Source of the DNA: Podarcis cretensis
Taxonomy: Eukaryota
DNA length: 64,000 nt
Direction of reading: 5' to 3'
Assembly (NCBI GenBank): GCA_951804945.1
Contig: OX638156.1
Span: 46,934,001 to 46,998,000 of the forward strand
Shown: positions 1-13,373 of the stretch, one piece after another
Position numbering within the stretch: the first letter of the stretch is position 1
Layout of the letters: each line of letters opens with the position of its first letter
Made by a program: the position numbers and the translations under genes
Notes under the pieces: generated by a model
What the model saw: the letters and a program-made list of their open reading frames with translations, nothing else
What the model was told of the DNA's origin: nothing
Database searches by the model: none

Positions 1-366
1 CCAGAATACATGCACAAACACAAACACAGAATTTCAGAAATACAGTAAACTTTTCATATGTGAAAAACTAAAACTGAATGTGCTTAATAGGGTAAAATAT
101 ATGAAATGCACATCCTTAAATCCATAGCCAACCCTTGTGCAAACAAGCTTACGAGAAATAAACCTAATTACTATGTAATTAACTCTAAGTGGCATAAACA
201 GCAGATGCATGATTAGGTAATTATTATCTTTTTTGGTAAATCTCATTGCCAGCAATAGAAGGGTTCAGAATAAAAAGGAAGTCAAAATTAGGAGTTGGTG
301 TTACTTTGGGGTAATATGTGCAGGCATTTAATTGATGTTTAAAAATGGTCTAACTGCTAATTATTA

Positions 367-625
367 CCGTATTTTTTGCTCTATAAGAATCACTTTTTCC
401 CTCCTAAAAAGTAAGGAGAAATGTGTGTGCGTCTTATGGAGCGAATGCAGGCTGCACAGCTATCCCAGAAGCCAGAACAGCAAGAGGGATTGCTGCTTTC
501 GCTGCGCAGCGACCCCTCTTGCTCTTCTGGCTTCTGGGATTCAGAATATTTTTTTTCTTGTTTTCCTCCTCCAAAAACTAGGTGTGTCTTATGGTCTGGT
601 GCGTCTTATAGAGCGGAAAATACCG
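367..625. mobile_element. Non-autonomous Tc1/mariner-superfamily DNA transposon (MITE, Tc2-like CCGTATTTT termini)
   Basis: TA|CCGTATTTTTTGCTCTATAAGA ... TCTTATAGAGCGGAAAATACCG|TA imperfect TIRs with TA on both sides; a longer homologous copy lies in the opposite orientation at 60440-60877. Confidence 0.8.
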
Positions 626-649
626 TATATGATTATTATACAATTATAT

Positions 650-866
650 AGTGCATTGTAGTAATCCAGTCTTGAAGTAACCAGTGCGTGAACTACTGTG
701 GCCAGGCTCTCCTGATCCAAGAATGGCCATAGCTGTTGAATCAGTTGCAGTTGGTAATAGGCACTTCTAGCCACTGAGGCAACCTGAGCTTCCAGTGATG
801 GAGCTGGATCCCGAAGCTCCCCCATAATTCTGGTGAATTTTTTCATGAGGAATTCCTTTTAAATAT
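650..866 (-). mobile_element. L2-clade LINE ORF2 fragment (region C-terminal to RT)
   Basis: Translation LEAQVASVARSAYYQLQLIQQLWPFLDQESLATVVHALVTSRLDYYNALY matches the L2/CR1-group motif VHALVTSRLDYCN. Confidence 0.8.
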
Positions 867-1345
867 TGTTGCATGCCACCCAATCTCTGAGTGGTACAAG
901 ATTCCATGGGTTCCAGGTGCTTTGGTTTCCTTGGCATGAGGGACAGCCCAGATTGTGGTGTCTTTATGATATATGGTTTATTTACATATATATACATATA
1001 CAACCTGAGCCTACAATAATGGGGGTCACAGCATTATCACCCCAAGAGGGTCTTGCTTCTTCTATAGCCACAACCTTGGATTCCCGCAGAAATCAGGTAT
1101 GGCTCTGTCTCTTAGCTGCCCAGCCTGTTTCTAGTTTTTAGTTCTCACACACCTCAACTTCGACTTTTGTTTTTCTAGCTAACAGCTAGTTGAGGGAGAG
1201 GGACCCACTCATTATTTCTTCTGGCTCAGAGACACTTACTTTGTTACATTAATGACCCATACTTAGGCCATTATGGCCCTTACCTGGCTAATTCAACAAC
1301 TGAATCCTTGATGGATGCAGGAATTAGAAGCGTCTTGGCCACACA
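867..1345 (-). mobile_element. Possible solo-LTR-like insertion within an L2 relic
   Basis: About 480 bp starting TGTTG and ending CACA separates two collinear L2 RT pieces; AATAAA on the minus strand near 977-982; no clean TSD seen. Confidence 0.35.
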
Positions 1346-1750
1346 GCCTAATCCCCTTCCCCAGACTCACACAACAATATCATACCCTGTAGCACACCAT
1401 AGCACAAAGACTGTGAAGTTAAAACAGTGTCACCCAATATTACACTCAGGACATGACTTGGTAGGTAAGAGCAGGGCCAGTGTAAAAGTTTCCCCAATAT
1501 CCTTCCCATGGGGCTGGTCCAAGACGATATCATGGTCAATGCTACCAAAAACTGCTGAAAGATCAATAAACAGAAGCAGAGATACACTTCCCTTGTCCAG
1601 CTCTTCCTATCCAGCTCATTCATCAGGACAACCAAAGCCAATTCAGTTCTCAAACTGCTCCTGAACCCCGATTAAAAATGGATCCAGACACTCTGCATCC
1701 CCCAGGAACTCCTGCAACTGTTCAGCCACCACTCTCTACCACCTTATTCA
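1346..1750 (-). mobile_element. L2-clade LINE reverse transcriptase fragment (degenerate)
   Basis: Frameshifted minus-strand translation gives KVVERVVAEQLQEFL ... TELALVVLMNEL ... LLLLIDLSAVF ... SVILGD ... LCYGVLQGMIL, matching RT motifs ETAL / LLDLSAAFD / YGVPQGS. Confidence 0.8.
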
Positions 1751-1887
1751 CAGGTAATTGTTATAAGTCATAGAGGCTAAGGTGGTCTTCTTCAGTATGT
1801 TAAAATTAATCCCCATGTGTGTTGACATTACACAATACATGCTAACTGTGAGTATTGTAGTCAGTATGTACTATTCATACGGATGAA

Positions 1888-1926
1888 AAACAAACAAACA
1901 AACAAACAAACAAACAAACAAACAAA
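1888..1926 (+). repeat. (AAAC)n microsatellite
   Basis: Direct tandem AAAC units. Confidence 0.95.
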
Positions 1927-4404
1927 AACAACCTTGTTACAGGCCCAAATTCAGAAAGGATTTTCATATGGTCTTCATCCATACAAAGGGACACTGCTAA
2001 TAAAATAGTACGAATACTAAGAAAATGGGCCAGATCTCATGCTTGCCAGGTAACCATCTCCTTAGTGAATTATTCAGCACTTGGAGCTTGGTCCTTGACT
2101 CTCTCTTTTTTCCAGCTGCAGTGGTGAGTTTGAGATTATTCCCACAGAAGCTGACAAATGGATCCTGATCCAAGTAACAGATGTTTCTGTGCCAAGCTGG
2201 CAGAGAGAAACAGCTACTATGCCAGCTGATGCTGGCATGAAGTATACATGCTCTCTTCAAGGAATCCCCAGTGATGCAGATGCTCCCATAATATACCTTG
2301 CCTCAGAGTTTGTATTACCCAACTAGTTAAAGAAAGAAACTCTCTTTGAAGATCTTTGTGCTTATGTATTTGTAGAAATCACTGCATCCAGGCACATTAT
2401 GGAAGTATAGTGATGGTCTAAAAGGTTTAACGTGCTGAAACAGAAAACAGTACAGTGACATACACTGTAGTACCAAATTCTGAAGTTACCTGGTCAGACT
2501 TGTGCCACAGATGGTTTATGGAGCGGATGCCATCTCTCCCAGAATTCTTCCAACTGTGCCTTCCATTTGTTAATCCAGCCTTGTGAACAGAGGCAGGTCA
2601 GGTGCCCAAACTTGAGACATAGGGGCAGCCCCTGGTTTTGTCACAAGTTGTGGTGATGTTATGAGGGAGGGGCCTGGTGGTTTTTCCTCTGTGCTCCCTC
2701 CCTGCTGCTCTCTCCTTCTAGTAACTTACCTCCAGCTGAAACCAATTCAAAACATATTACACTACTGGCTTGGGTGAATAAAAATGTTCTAAAATCAATT
2801 CTGAGAAGGCCCCATGTTGTGCTGTTCCAGACACTGTGACAAATGCTGACGGCCATGCTCATCTACAATGATACAGTAAATAAGTCCAACTCTCCAGACT
2901 CCATTTCCAATCATCCTGGCCAATGACCAAGAATAGGAATTGTTATCTAACAACATCTGGTAGGCCACATTTCCACATCTCTGAAGTTTAGGATTAAAGG
3001 GCAGTATCTAGTGAAATAATTACCACAATGCAAGGATTTCTGTTTCTGCAATAGAAATTCCTCTCCCCATATGTTCCCTGTACCCACCTCAAATCTTCTC
3101 CAGAGGGGTGAACTAAAACCCAGAAGAGAGGAGAGAAAAGAAGAGAAGAGAAGAGAAAAGAGGGAGGAGACATTCTATTGCATAGCCAGAAGTCCTTGCA
3201 CTAATGGACCTACTTCATTGGGCACTGCCATTAATGACTTGTCTACTGAGATTTATCATAGCCATGATCCTACATAGGTTTTTCAAACTTCAAATATGTA
3301 AATATTGCAAATATGGATGTTTTTGACTCTGGGGCTTTCAACATTCCTTGTTGACTAGTATCTCCTACATGGTACATTTTATCATGAAAAAAAAAAAAAG
3401 AAAAGAAGGAAAAGAGGCAAATTAAAGTTATTCATTAAGGTATAAATTAAACACCAAATAGGGAAAGCCTTTTGTGCTCTATAAACTTTCATGAAATTTA
3501 ATCAATACACTCAGTAAATGTAATGGTGAATATCTTTTGCCGTATCTCACTGTCTGAAGTCATATAATTTCTTGTTTTAAATGAAAAATATATGCTTCTG
3601 AACATGAGTTAGAATGGCTTTTTAAATGAGTAATAACTTTCTGGAAGAAAAACAGCAAAAAGTCTGTTTTTAACTAAGATTCTAGAACATTTGGAACATA
3701 GTCACAGCATGACAAATATTGATTAGAAGTAATGCTTTCTCAAAATGTTGATAACTACCTATTTTAGGAGGATGACCTTTAGCAGCCTGATTATCTTAGA
3801 ATCTATGTCGACTCTCTGTACGTGAGCAGATATCAAAATGTCATGTATTGCCAATTCTAGATGTATAAGGGAAATAAGCTTTAAATGGAGAATAAACACT
3901 TATAACCCCAGTAAGCTACTCAGCATGAGACTCCAAGAAAAGAGAACTGAGTTATATTTCAGATAAATTCACTGGTCTGTATATCCATATATTATGGGAC
4001 ATGTAGAATCAAACTATTTGTTGCTTCATGTTTCTAGGAAGTGTAAGTGTTAGAAGAGTTAAAAATACAGCTGCAGGCAGAGAAGATACATTACCATATT
4101 CTATACTACACTAGACTGTAACTAGGGAAAAGTATCTTGATTGTCAGTATGGTTGACAGGCAAAAAGCAAAACAAAATCCCACTTAGCCCTACTGACAGC
4201 TCCTAAAGCAGGAGTCAGTGGACCAGTGCACACATTTGGGGTTTTGAGAAAGTGTCATGGGTTCCAAAAGCAAAATGGCTTCTGTGAGGGGCATGGCATA
4301 ACTAAAAATGGCTGCTGTTGGGATGAGGGGACATGCTCAACAGAAGGAGAGGCCGAGCCAATGCAAACAGGAACTAAAAAGGAAGAATGAACAGTCTCCT
4401 GTGC

Positions 4405-4525
4405 ATTGATGTATTTAATGTATTTCTAATGTATTTTTAATCTCTTGTTGGAAGCCGCCTAGAGTGGCTGGGGAAACCCAGCCAGATGGGCGGGGTATAA
4501 GTAATAAATAAATTAATAATATTAA
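4405..4525 (+). mobile_element. 3' tail of an L2-type LINE/SINE
   Basis: GGAAGCCGCCTAGAGTGGCTGGGGAAACCCAGCCAGATGGGCGGGGTATAAGTAATAAATAAA; stem-loop GGCTGGG/CCCAGCC followed by an AT-rich tail typical of squamate L2 3' ends. Confidence 0.6.
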
Positions 4526-4774
4526 TTGAGGAAATGCATTCTGAAACCTGTTGTGGCTGCCATAGTACATAGGTTTTCAAATAGTGGGTCAGCACCCACG
4601 AGTAGGTCATGAGTGGCTCACTGCAAAGGTGTTGGATTCCAGCTTAGGTTGACCAGACCAAAGAAGTATTTGCATATTTGCACCAAAGACGTTCTTGAGA
4701 TGAGATGCTCATTTTATTAAATTCTGTTAAATTCTATGACTGCAGCAATGTGGCAGGAGAAGGAATGGGCAATA

Positions 4775-4834
<60 letters not shown>
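4775..4834 (+). repeat. (AAT)n microsatellite
   Basis: About 20 perfect AAT units. Confidence 0.97.
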
Positions 4835-4836
<2 letters not shown>

Positions 4837-7010
4837 ATATTCTGGGCCAGCCGCATGCTCAAACCTTTGTCCTGCCACGTAGTGGGACTAGTTTTCACTT
4901 AACAGTAATGCTGAGGCAACACTATGGTTATTGCTCTATGAATTGCCATTACAGGACTAATAAGATGCATTCTTAGCCTTACTGAGTGTAATTTTTAAAA
5001 AAGTTCTAGTGGGAGCTTTGGATGATATGGCCCTTCTTTGGTTCGGCCCCTGTAGCAACTGGACCCTGAACACATCTCCATGCAACTCCAGCATACATTC
5101 TGTTCCCATCCAGAGCTAGATGGAACTCTTTCCTCTTCAAACCTGAGTTGGGCAGATAGAGCAGAACTGGTTACGACTAGGCAAAAAACAGTAACCCTTG
5201 AATTCCCAACAAATGTAGGTGGAAATACTATCATTCTGGGAGTGACTTTGAAGTGTCAACCAGACAGCAGACAGGTGTGTCTACCTTGTATTTATGACTT
5301 TCAGAGGTGTTACTTACAGGAAATACAAATTGAAGGTGACAGCACAGGCAGAGACTGAGACACCTTAGGAAAAGAAATGACAGCGCTGCCTGCTGAGTTC
5401 TTTAATGCCTCTAGTTTAAGAATGTCCCTCTGAACCACTTTCATTTACAATCATCTTCCCTTTTATTCCATGCATTTTGAAATGATCAACAGCTTTCAGA
5501 GATTCTCATCCCCTTGATCATGCAGTGGCTCCTCAAATGCAGGGCAGCATCACCTGTGAGTCTCAGATATGAAACTTGCTAGCAGCTATATGTAAAGATT
5601 AAACAGGTACGTGACTTAATACATTCAGCTCAAACCTTCCAAGGAACAGCACCACTTGCTTAAGCCGTGGTCAAGATGGAATCAGCTCTACAAATTGAAT
5701 AAATATGCAAGACTTAATAGTCTCAGTCTTACAACGCAAATTATATACAAAAGAATATTGGACACCGACACTATCTAGAGATGATTCCAAATCCCCGGGA
5801 AAGAACTTTTTACTCTCAATGTGTGACAGACTATTCAAACTGCAAGCTGTCAAAACCATCTTTTCCATTATTTATCCATGGGAGTGATGCCATAAGGTCA
5901 ACTGCTATTTTCTGATGTCTTTAGTCCTGGAGGCAAAACTTCAAGAAAAGATTTCCCCCCACACTCCTTTTGAGCAGTAGGAGAGATGATGAAAAGGAGG
6001 CTGGTGAGGAGAATGCAAGAAGCATGCTAAAAGGCAGAGAAATGGTTCTACTAGATGCCTGTTTTATTTTGAGGAATAAAATGCAATGAAGTGGGATAGG
6101 CCCAGACAATTAGGATCAGTTCACAACAGTGATATCATCAAAGGCTAGTGAAAAATCATCAAATGATGATGCTACTGGTATGGTATGATTGAAGTCCATA
6201 TACAAATAAGGGATATATGCAGCAACGTTCATCAAAGCTTTTCTTCAGATAATGGAAAAGAGACTAGGTACAAATTTTATAATAATGCAGTATATAAAAA
6301 GTGCTGCTCCTGCCTTCAGAGGGGGCAGGCTTGCCTCACCCTCTCCCCACTGGGAGGAAAGGAGACACAAGGTTGTCTCCTCCTCTGGGGATGGCTCTGA
6401 GGCCACGTGGCTCCTAGAGCAAAATGGAAGGGGTAAATCTGCCTCCTATTTAAGGCTGTTCCATCCTCTCTTTCCCCTTCATTTTTATTTGCAGCACCCT
6501 TCCTACTTTCCTCTATAGTATGGGTTTTGGTTAGTTGCCTTTTTCAGGGCTGAGTAGGAATGGCGGGGGGGGGGGGAGGGCTCCTGACTGGTTATTGAGA
6601 CTCCCTACTTCACACTGTCAAACATCTTCTGATTTGACATTATTTGACCATTTTACATTCAGTGTGGGCAGGTAATGAAATGTAAGACCTTAATTAGAAA
6701 TCAATGCTACTTTAGGCATTATGGGGGGGGGGGTGAGTATCACCTAGCACTGGGGTTCCCTGGAGGCTTGGCCTGTACATCATGGTCAATGTTGGACAGT
6801 GGCTCCAGAAAGTATAGGTTAGATTTCACATACTCAAGGCTCACTTAGCAAGGAGGGAAACTTTTCCCCCCATCCTTGGCCAGGGAGTATACAACCTGCT
6901 AGTTCACATGCCCTGGGGTGAGAGATGCTTCATATGTAAGCATTGATCTTTCTGCCCACACATAGTTCTTCAGCTAAGCTCCTCAATTTTGTTATATTTT
7001 AATAAATATA

Positions 7011-7263
7011 CAGTGGTGCCCCGCAAGACGAATGCCTCGCAAGATGAAAAACTCGCTAGATGAAAGGGTTTTCTGTTTTTCGAGGTGCTTCGCAAGACGA
7101 ATTTCCCTATGGGCTTGCTTCGCAAGACGAAAACGTCTTGTGGGTTTGCTTCCTTTTTCCTAAAACCGTTAATACCCGGGGAATCCGTGCTCCACAAGAC
7201 AAAAAAATCGCAAGACGAAGCAACTCGCGGAACGAATTAATTTCGTCTTGCGAGGCACCACTG
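7011..7263. mobile_element. Tc1/mariner (pogo/Tigger-like) MITE, 253 bp
   Basis: TA|CAGTGGTGCCCCGCAAGACGAA ... TTCGTCTTGCGAGGCACCACTG|TA; TA TSD; internal repeats of CGCAAGACGAA. Confidence 0.9.
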
Positions 7264-8999
7264 TAATATATTTACCACTTAATGAGGTTTCCTGGGTCTT
7301 CTTTCTGGGTGTAAGGGCAATCTCCAAACTGCCTGAGCATCTGACAATCATACTTACCTACATTTAATGAATAGTAAATATCTTAAACACATTTTGTTAG
7401 TGATTTCATGATGTAACTGTTTTTCTTTTATTTTTTTTTATTTTGCCTGTGTCCTCTATGTTGGAAATAAAATATCCTTTATTATTCGATTAGCCTTGAA
7501 CTCATCCAGATGACCTATTTCTTGAGCTTTCAACCAACATTCAGCAAGGCTTACATGGAGGTTAGAGTATATCTGGTCTTTATTCAGCATTCATTGCTCC
7601 CCACACTCAATGAAGAATCAATAAACATGATGGGTTGATGGTTATAGTTATAAAAATATAATAAACTGAAGGATCTGCATTGCAATCAGTCAAATTGATC
7701 CAAATAAAGAAATTCTGATAGAATTGTCAGGCGAGTACCAGCTCTGATAGGAAAATCCTTTCTGCACACCAAAGTACTAACAGTCTGGAGGTGTCTTTTG
7801 AAGCAACATCAGTGAGCAAGTGTCCCTCATATCTTCTTTTGAATGTCTGCATTATGTGTGACTGTTTGCACTATGTGTGGATACAGATTATTTTTTATAT
7901 TTGAGGCATCCAAACATAACACTCTTGAAAGGAAAAGAAAGAAAAAAGAAAGATAGAAGTCATGAGTCTTCCATAGCCGAGCTTCCCTATATTTTCAGGC
8001 TGTCTGCATATGAAGAGAGATAACTCCCCAAACTCTGTGCATTTTTTATTTACTTGTGTGACATTTCCCAAAATTGAACATGATAGGGCATTAGGGTATG
8101 TCAGTTTTATGTGGAATCGTGGTTCATTTCCATTCAGTGTGCTGATTAAGATCTATCAGAGAGAGACACAAACAAGTGCATTTATTTTTAGACAATAATT
8201 TGCTTCTTAGAATCAGCATACATGAAAATATAATGTACGCTAGGACATAAGAAGCAAAACAAAAGACGATTTCCCCCCTCCCTTCTCCCAGTGTGCTGAG
8301 AAAGACCAAGATGAGTGCTTTTATGAATAATTCTAAAATAAACTTAATTTTGTTTCAAGGCCACAAAGTACAATGCTGTTCTGTTCTCTGTCAATATATG
8401 GCAGCGGTGAGGAATGGGTGGCCCTTGAGTTGTTGATGGACTACAATGCCCATGTTCCTGTATGATTGGCCATTCTCACTGGTGCTGATGTGAGTAGGAG
8501 TCCAACAACTAATGGACCACAGATTTCCCACACTGTTGTAAGGCATACCGTGTATCCCAACATTTCACAGGGATGCTATATTAGCTTTGTGCAGTGGATC
8601 TAGATGCACCCTGGATCAAAGTTGGCTGCTTTTGGAAAGATTCCAGGCTTGCCTGAGGTGAAGGAGGATCTCTCCAAGGCACTTCAAACTGAAATGGGAC
8701 CCTTGTAGTGTTTTGTGACAATTCGGTGATTTGGACATTAAAAAACAACAACACTGTAGATAAATGCTTGCTAAAAATGACATTTTCTTCTTGAAACTTA
8801 CCACAGAACAAAATCCCATGGTGGCGAGCTCATGTGTGTCTGCCAGGTCTAGCTTTAAACAGAGGGAATTATTTTAGCAAGCACCTCCTCCCCCAGTGCT
8901 TTGTGGAAGGGATGTTGAACTAAACATATAGCCTTTCTCCCCACTGGCCATGTTGTTTGCTAGTTGTGTCAGGAGCTCTGTTGGTAAGGAGTCCAACAG

Positions 9000-9190
9000 G
9001 GCACAGGGCAAGGTTAAAGGCTGACCAGACCTCCAGGATATGGGTGATCACCAAAAGTGCCTTATCAGAAAATTTCAGTGATGGAGGTAGAACATAAGGA
9101 ATCTGGTGGTCCTTAGGATATATTGAGCCCAAGTTGCTTAGGGCTTTGTGAGAACAAAATCTTGAATGTGGCCCAGAAGCAAATTGGTAA
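9000..9190 (-). mobile_element. L2 LINE ORF2 3' fragment (degenerate)
   Basis: Minus strand reads LPICFWATFKIL...KALSNLGS, homologous to CWLLVCFWAQFKVLAMTYKAL at 55099-55160. Confidence 0.55.
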
Positions 9191-9370
9191 CAAATTATTT
9201 ATCATTGATTGTATCTATTATGAACATGGCAAAGTAAGAGGTAAAGAGGGCAAGATCAACACACGTGACAACGTGACATGGCACCATACCTTTAGCACTG
9301 AGGAAATATGAGTAACTAGGTAAATAATCTTAATCTCATACCATATGCTTGCATTTTCCACATTAAGATA

Positions 9371-9622
9371 CTTGTACCTTGGTTTTTGAACAGCTTAGAC
9401 CTTGAACGTTTTGGCTCCCAAATGCCGCAAACCCAGAAGTGACTGTTCTGGTTTGTGAACTATTTTTGGAAGCTGAACATCCAAAGGGGCTTCCACAGCT
9501 TCCGATTGGCTGCCTACAGGAGCTTCCTGCAGCCAATCAGGAGCTGTGCTTTGGTTTCTGAATGTTTTGGAAGTTGAACGGACTTCTGGAACGGATTCTG
9601 TTAGACTTCCAAGGTACCACTG
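9371..9622. mobile_element. Tc1/mariner (pogo/Tigger-like) MITE with damaged left TIR
   Basis: Right end CCAAGGTACCACTG|TA; left end GTACCTTGG; central inverted pair GATTGGCTGC/GCAGCCAATC. Confidence 0.75.
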
Positions 9623-9667
9623 TATTGAACTGTGGCAGGTGGAGGAAACTATAACCACTACTAACTT

Positions 9668-9669
<2 letters not shown>

Positions 9670-9721
<52 letters not shown>
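9670..9721 (+). repeat. (TA)n microsatellite
   Basis: About 26 TA units. Confidence 0.97.
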
Positions 9722-9723
<2 letters not shown>

Positions 9724-9831
9724 CTTTCCTGAAACAGAACTGGAACAAATTAGAGCTGGAAGGGCTGTCTCCACAAAATAGACAGAGTTAAAGCTTATGT
9801 TGTCTGTTTCATGCACATATTAAAACACAGA

Positions 9832-9963
9832 GCAGGGATGACAAAACCTATGGCTCTGCAGATGTTGCCAGACTCCAAATCCCATCAGCCCCATCCGGCA
9901 TGGCTAATGTTCAGAGATGAGTACTCCCTGAACATCTGGAAGGCCACAGGTTTCTCATCCCTG
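9832..9963. mobile_element. Degenerate hAT-type palindromic MITE (family of 29363-29491; further relics near 8400-8535, 14985-15113, 56608-56750)
   Basis: CAGGGATG ... CATCCCTG termini; internal GACTCCAAATCCCATCAGCC core shared with 29363-29491. Confidence 0.6.
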
Positions 9964-10994
9964 ATGTATATATTGTTGTATGCACTGGCAGGTTAAAGTC
10001 AAATGTCATATTTTTCTAGCACTTGAGATTTCCCCTTCCTAGCTATCAGCCACTGAAAGAATTTTGTGCTTTTAAAAGTAAGAATAACAAAAACAGTATT
10101 CAATATCAAACTGTGTCCTGCAAGATAAAGTGTTCAGTAATAGGAATGAAGATTAAAGAAACATGTCTGATTGCTTTCTTGGCAATTGCATTGTTTCCTT
10201 TTACAGTTTAGAAATTGTCTGGAGATTAGATTTTTCCCTCCTCCTCCTTATTCAGTCAGTAGCCTATCGCATATAGCAGGATTCTAATCTCAGGTACATC
10301 TTTTCTCTGCTCAGAATTCTCATTATATACCATAACAAAGCTTTTCACCTGTGCAGTATAAGAATATATTCAGTCCTTTGAGCTTAAACAAACAGATCAT
10401 TTAGTGGCATCTGACATGCCATTCATAATCATGATGATAACATTACATTTCAGACTAACAAAATAAAGGATAAATGATAAAATAATTATATAAAACATAA
10501 AAAATAAAATAATTAATGACAATTGTCTGATGATCAGGCTCTGTGCTGATCTGCTTTTTGAAATGTATATTAAACATTACAAAGGGGGGATCTTGACATT
10601 GTGTGTTCAATTTTCCAGTTTGCCGGGGGGGGGGGAGTGAACAACATCTATGGGTCAGTGCTGAGCCCTCTAATTTGTAATCTCATTTCTCAGTCTATTT
10701 TATTATTTTTTCTGAAGGGGTGCATTTTATCAGTTTATAGGGAAGCAGAAATTCTCTAAGAGTATCAGGGGGGCTCACCATTAGTAGTGGTTGTGTCATT
10801 CTCTCATTCTTTCTTCCTTTTGAAACCCCATCACCACCTTTTACTGCACGCAGAAGCAGCAACAGCAGATCCCCTAGCATAAAAGATTAGAACAATCCTT
10901 CTATGTGTACAAGTTAGGTGGGTAGCAATTAGGGAAGAGGCTGTTTGGTGACCCACCTGTGAAATGCCCTAGGGATGCTCATTTTGGTAGTACA

Positions 10995-10995
10995 G

Positions 10996-11039
<44 letters not shown>
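10995..11039 (+). repeat. (GTT)n microsatellite
   Basis: 15 GTT units. Confidence 0.97.
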
Positions 11040-11194
11040 ACTTACATGTGAAAATGGGCTTCTAAATGACCTACAAAGTATACAAACCACTTACACAAAC
11101 ATATCCCATATTTGAATATTGGAAAAGGAATATATATTGGAGGCATGATATTTGGTAGGGATATTTGACTGGGGACTCTACCTAGGCTCTGGAG

Positions 11195-11430
11195 CATGGG
11201 TAGGCAAACTAAGGCCCAGGGGCTGGATCCTGCCCAATTGCCTTGGAAATCTGGCCCACAAACAGTCCGGGGATCAGCACATTTTTACATGAGTAGAATG
11301 TGTCCTTTTATTTAAAATGCATCTGGATTATTTGTGGGGCATAGGAATTTTCCCCAAAATATAGTCCGGCCCCCACAAGGTCTGAGGGACAGTGGACCAG
11401 CCCCCAGCTGAAAAAGTTTGCTGACCCCTG
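11195..11430. mobile_element. hAT (Charlie/Buster-like) MITE, 236 bp
   Basis: Perfect 8-bp TSD CTCTGGAG (11187-11194 and 11431-11438); TIRs CATGGGTAGGCAAACT / AGTTTGCTGACCCCTG. Confidence 0.9.
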
Positions 11431-11479
11431 CTCTGGAGTATACCCAGGAGCCAAGAAGGCTCCATGAAGCAGGAGAGGG

Positions 11480-11869
11480 CCTTCAGTGGTAATCATGTCA
11501 ATTGCTTGAGTCATCTGGATGGTCCACCAGTCCAGCCAGGGCTTCAGCAGGAGGATCATTCATATCAGCCAGGTCATCCCCAAGGTCCATCTGGAAACCA
11601 ATTGGATTTACTAACTTCTGAGGGCATACCATCTCCATAGGCTGCCCAACTCTGCAGAGGAGGAAAGGTGCCTGGAGAAAGAGATGAAATCTTTATAGAC
11701 TACAGCAGCTCCCCCTCCCTGACCCTCAAGTCTCACCTGATTCTGTACTGAGTACCGAGTTGGGCATAGCTGGGTGAGACCAACTCCATCCTGCTCACCC
11801 ACCCAGGTTTCAGTGATACAGACCACATCAACCTCCTCATCCACAATCCAGAACCAAATCATGTTTAAG
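11480..11869 (-). mobile_element. L2 LINE apurinic-type endonuclease fragment (continues at 12421-12500)
   Basis: IVDEEVDVVCITETWV...RLEGQGGGAAVVYK carries the APE motifs ETW and GGG(V)A; the upstream part LLLLQNSRLALFKTSII lies beyond the 11870-12420 insert. Confidence 0.8.
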
Positions 11870-12420
11870 TGTAATGGACTGGCTGGATACAAAGGAGCGG
11901 GGGAGGGGAGAAGGCTCAGAGCCATGATATTGGTTGTGGGACAACAATCAGTTGTCAAAGAGAGAAGAGGGAGTAGACTGGGAGGAGGTGTTGGACACAG
12001 AAGTGGTAACAGGGTTTAGTGAGCAGGAAGAGTCTGTGGCAGAGAGCAGTCCAAATCAGAGGCAGAAGTGGAAGCTAGAGATGGGGGGGGGGGGATGTCA
12101 AGAGGCTGAGATGAGTCAGGCTCATGAGGAAGGCAGGGAGTCTCCCCTCTCCTCTGGTCTCCAAGAACCTGAAGAGGGTGGAACAAAGACAGACAAGACA
12201 AAGGAGCCTTAGATTTCTTGGGATGGAACTGGGGGGGGGGGTGACTTGGAGAGCTGTGGGAAGGTGAGGACCTTCAGTCCTCACAACTGTCTTATTGGGG
12301 GCAAGAGCAACTGGGATAGTTGCTGTGCTCAATAGGCCTGGCCCTCTGAACTATGAATAGTTAACTTCACTCACACCATGTGAGTTATTAGTGACCTGCT
12401 CCTGGATCCCACCCCTGACA
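11870..12420 (+). mobile_element. Possible solo LTR inserted in the L2 endonuclease
   Basis: TGTAA...TGACA termini, about 550 bp, purine-rich, splits collinear L2 EN sequence; TSD not resolved. Confidence 0.45.
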
Positions 12421-13333
12421 ATGATGGAGGTCTTAAACAAAGCCAACCTGGAATTCTGCAGCAGCAGCAGCAGCCACAAACTCATTAGCTGGCTGATAGG
12501 ACAACCACAACTTCCCAGGTTGGAGGAAGGGCTAGCAGACAGAACAGTCACTAACTGCTGTGTGCCCCTTACCAGGACTGTTAATCATGTTGGGTTCTGT
12601 TTCATTTTTCCACAAGAAAAAAGTAGAAGATATGCTCACAGATTAATCTTTCCTTTCCCTTATGTTGTTCACCTAAATTAATATGAGGTCACAATAATAA
12701 TCTTGTTATTTTAAGAACACATTTGCATCAGTAATAAGAAGTCACTTGGAGGACACATAAGCCATAGAAGCAAATGTCTGATTAATTATTTTGGCATGGT
12801 TAATTAAAAAAAACACACACACACGACACACACACAGCATAGTGCTACTTCTAAAATGCCAATGCCACAAAGTTTACACAAACTGCAGCCCCAATTCTGT
12901 AACTGAAACCATTCTTTTTGCATGTGCAGCAGCAAAATCAGGTGAAAATGAGGTGGGAGAATCCTGAGGTGATAGAGTGGATTTTGCAACATCAGACTGT
13001 AGGTGGGGAGGATATCATTAATGTTCTTCATGCAGCCTTCACTCAGCAATGGATGAATCTATAGATTTCAGTTTCTTCTTCGATACTGAGTTTCACATAG
13101 GACTATCCAAAGTTTTTCAGCAACTTGCATTTGGGCTTGAAACATCCAGAGCCTGGAACAAAGCATCTTATAATCATTCTACACTTTATGCACAATGAGG
13201 TGGTAGACTGATCTAGTAACATTCTGCTAGTACCACTTCCATCAAGAAAATATATATGCTATCTTGTTTTCAACATGAGGGAATATTCAAAAATCTATCC
13301 CCACCATGCTGGCTAATGTGATACAGCTCAGAA

Positions 13334-13337
<4 letters not shown>

Positions 13338-13371
<34 letters not shown>
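13338..13371 (+). repeat. (CA)n microsatellite
   Basis: About 17 AC units. Confidence 0.97.
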
Positions 13372-13373
<2 letters not shown>

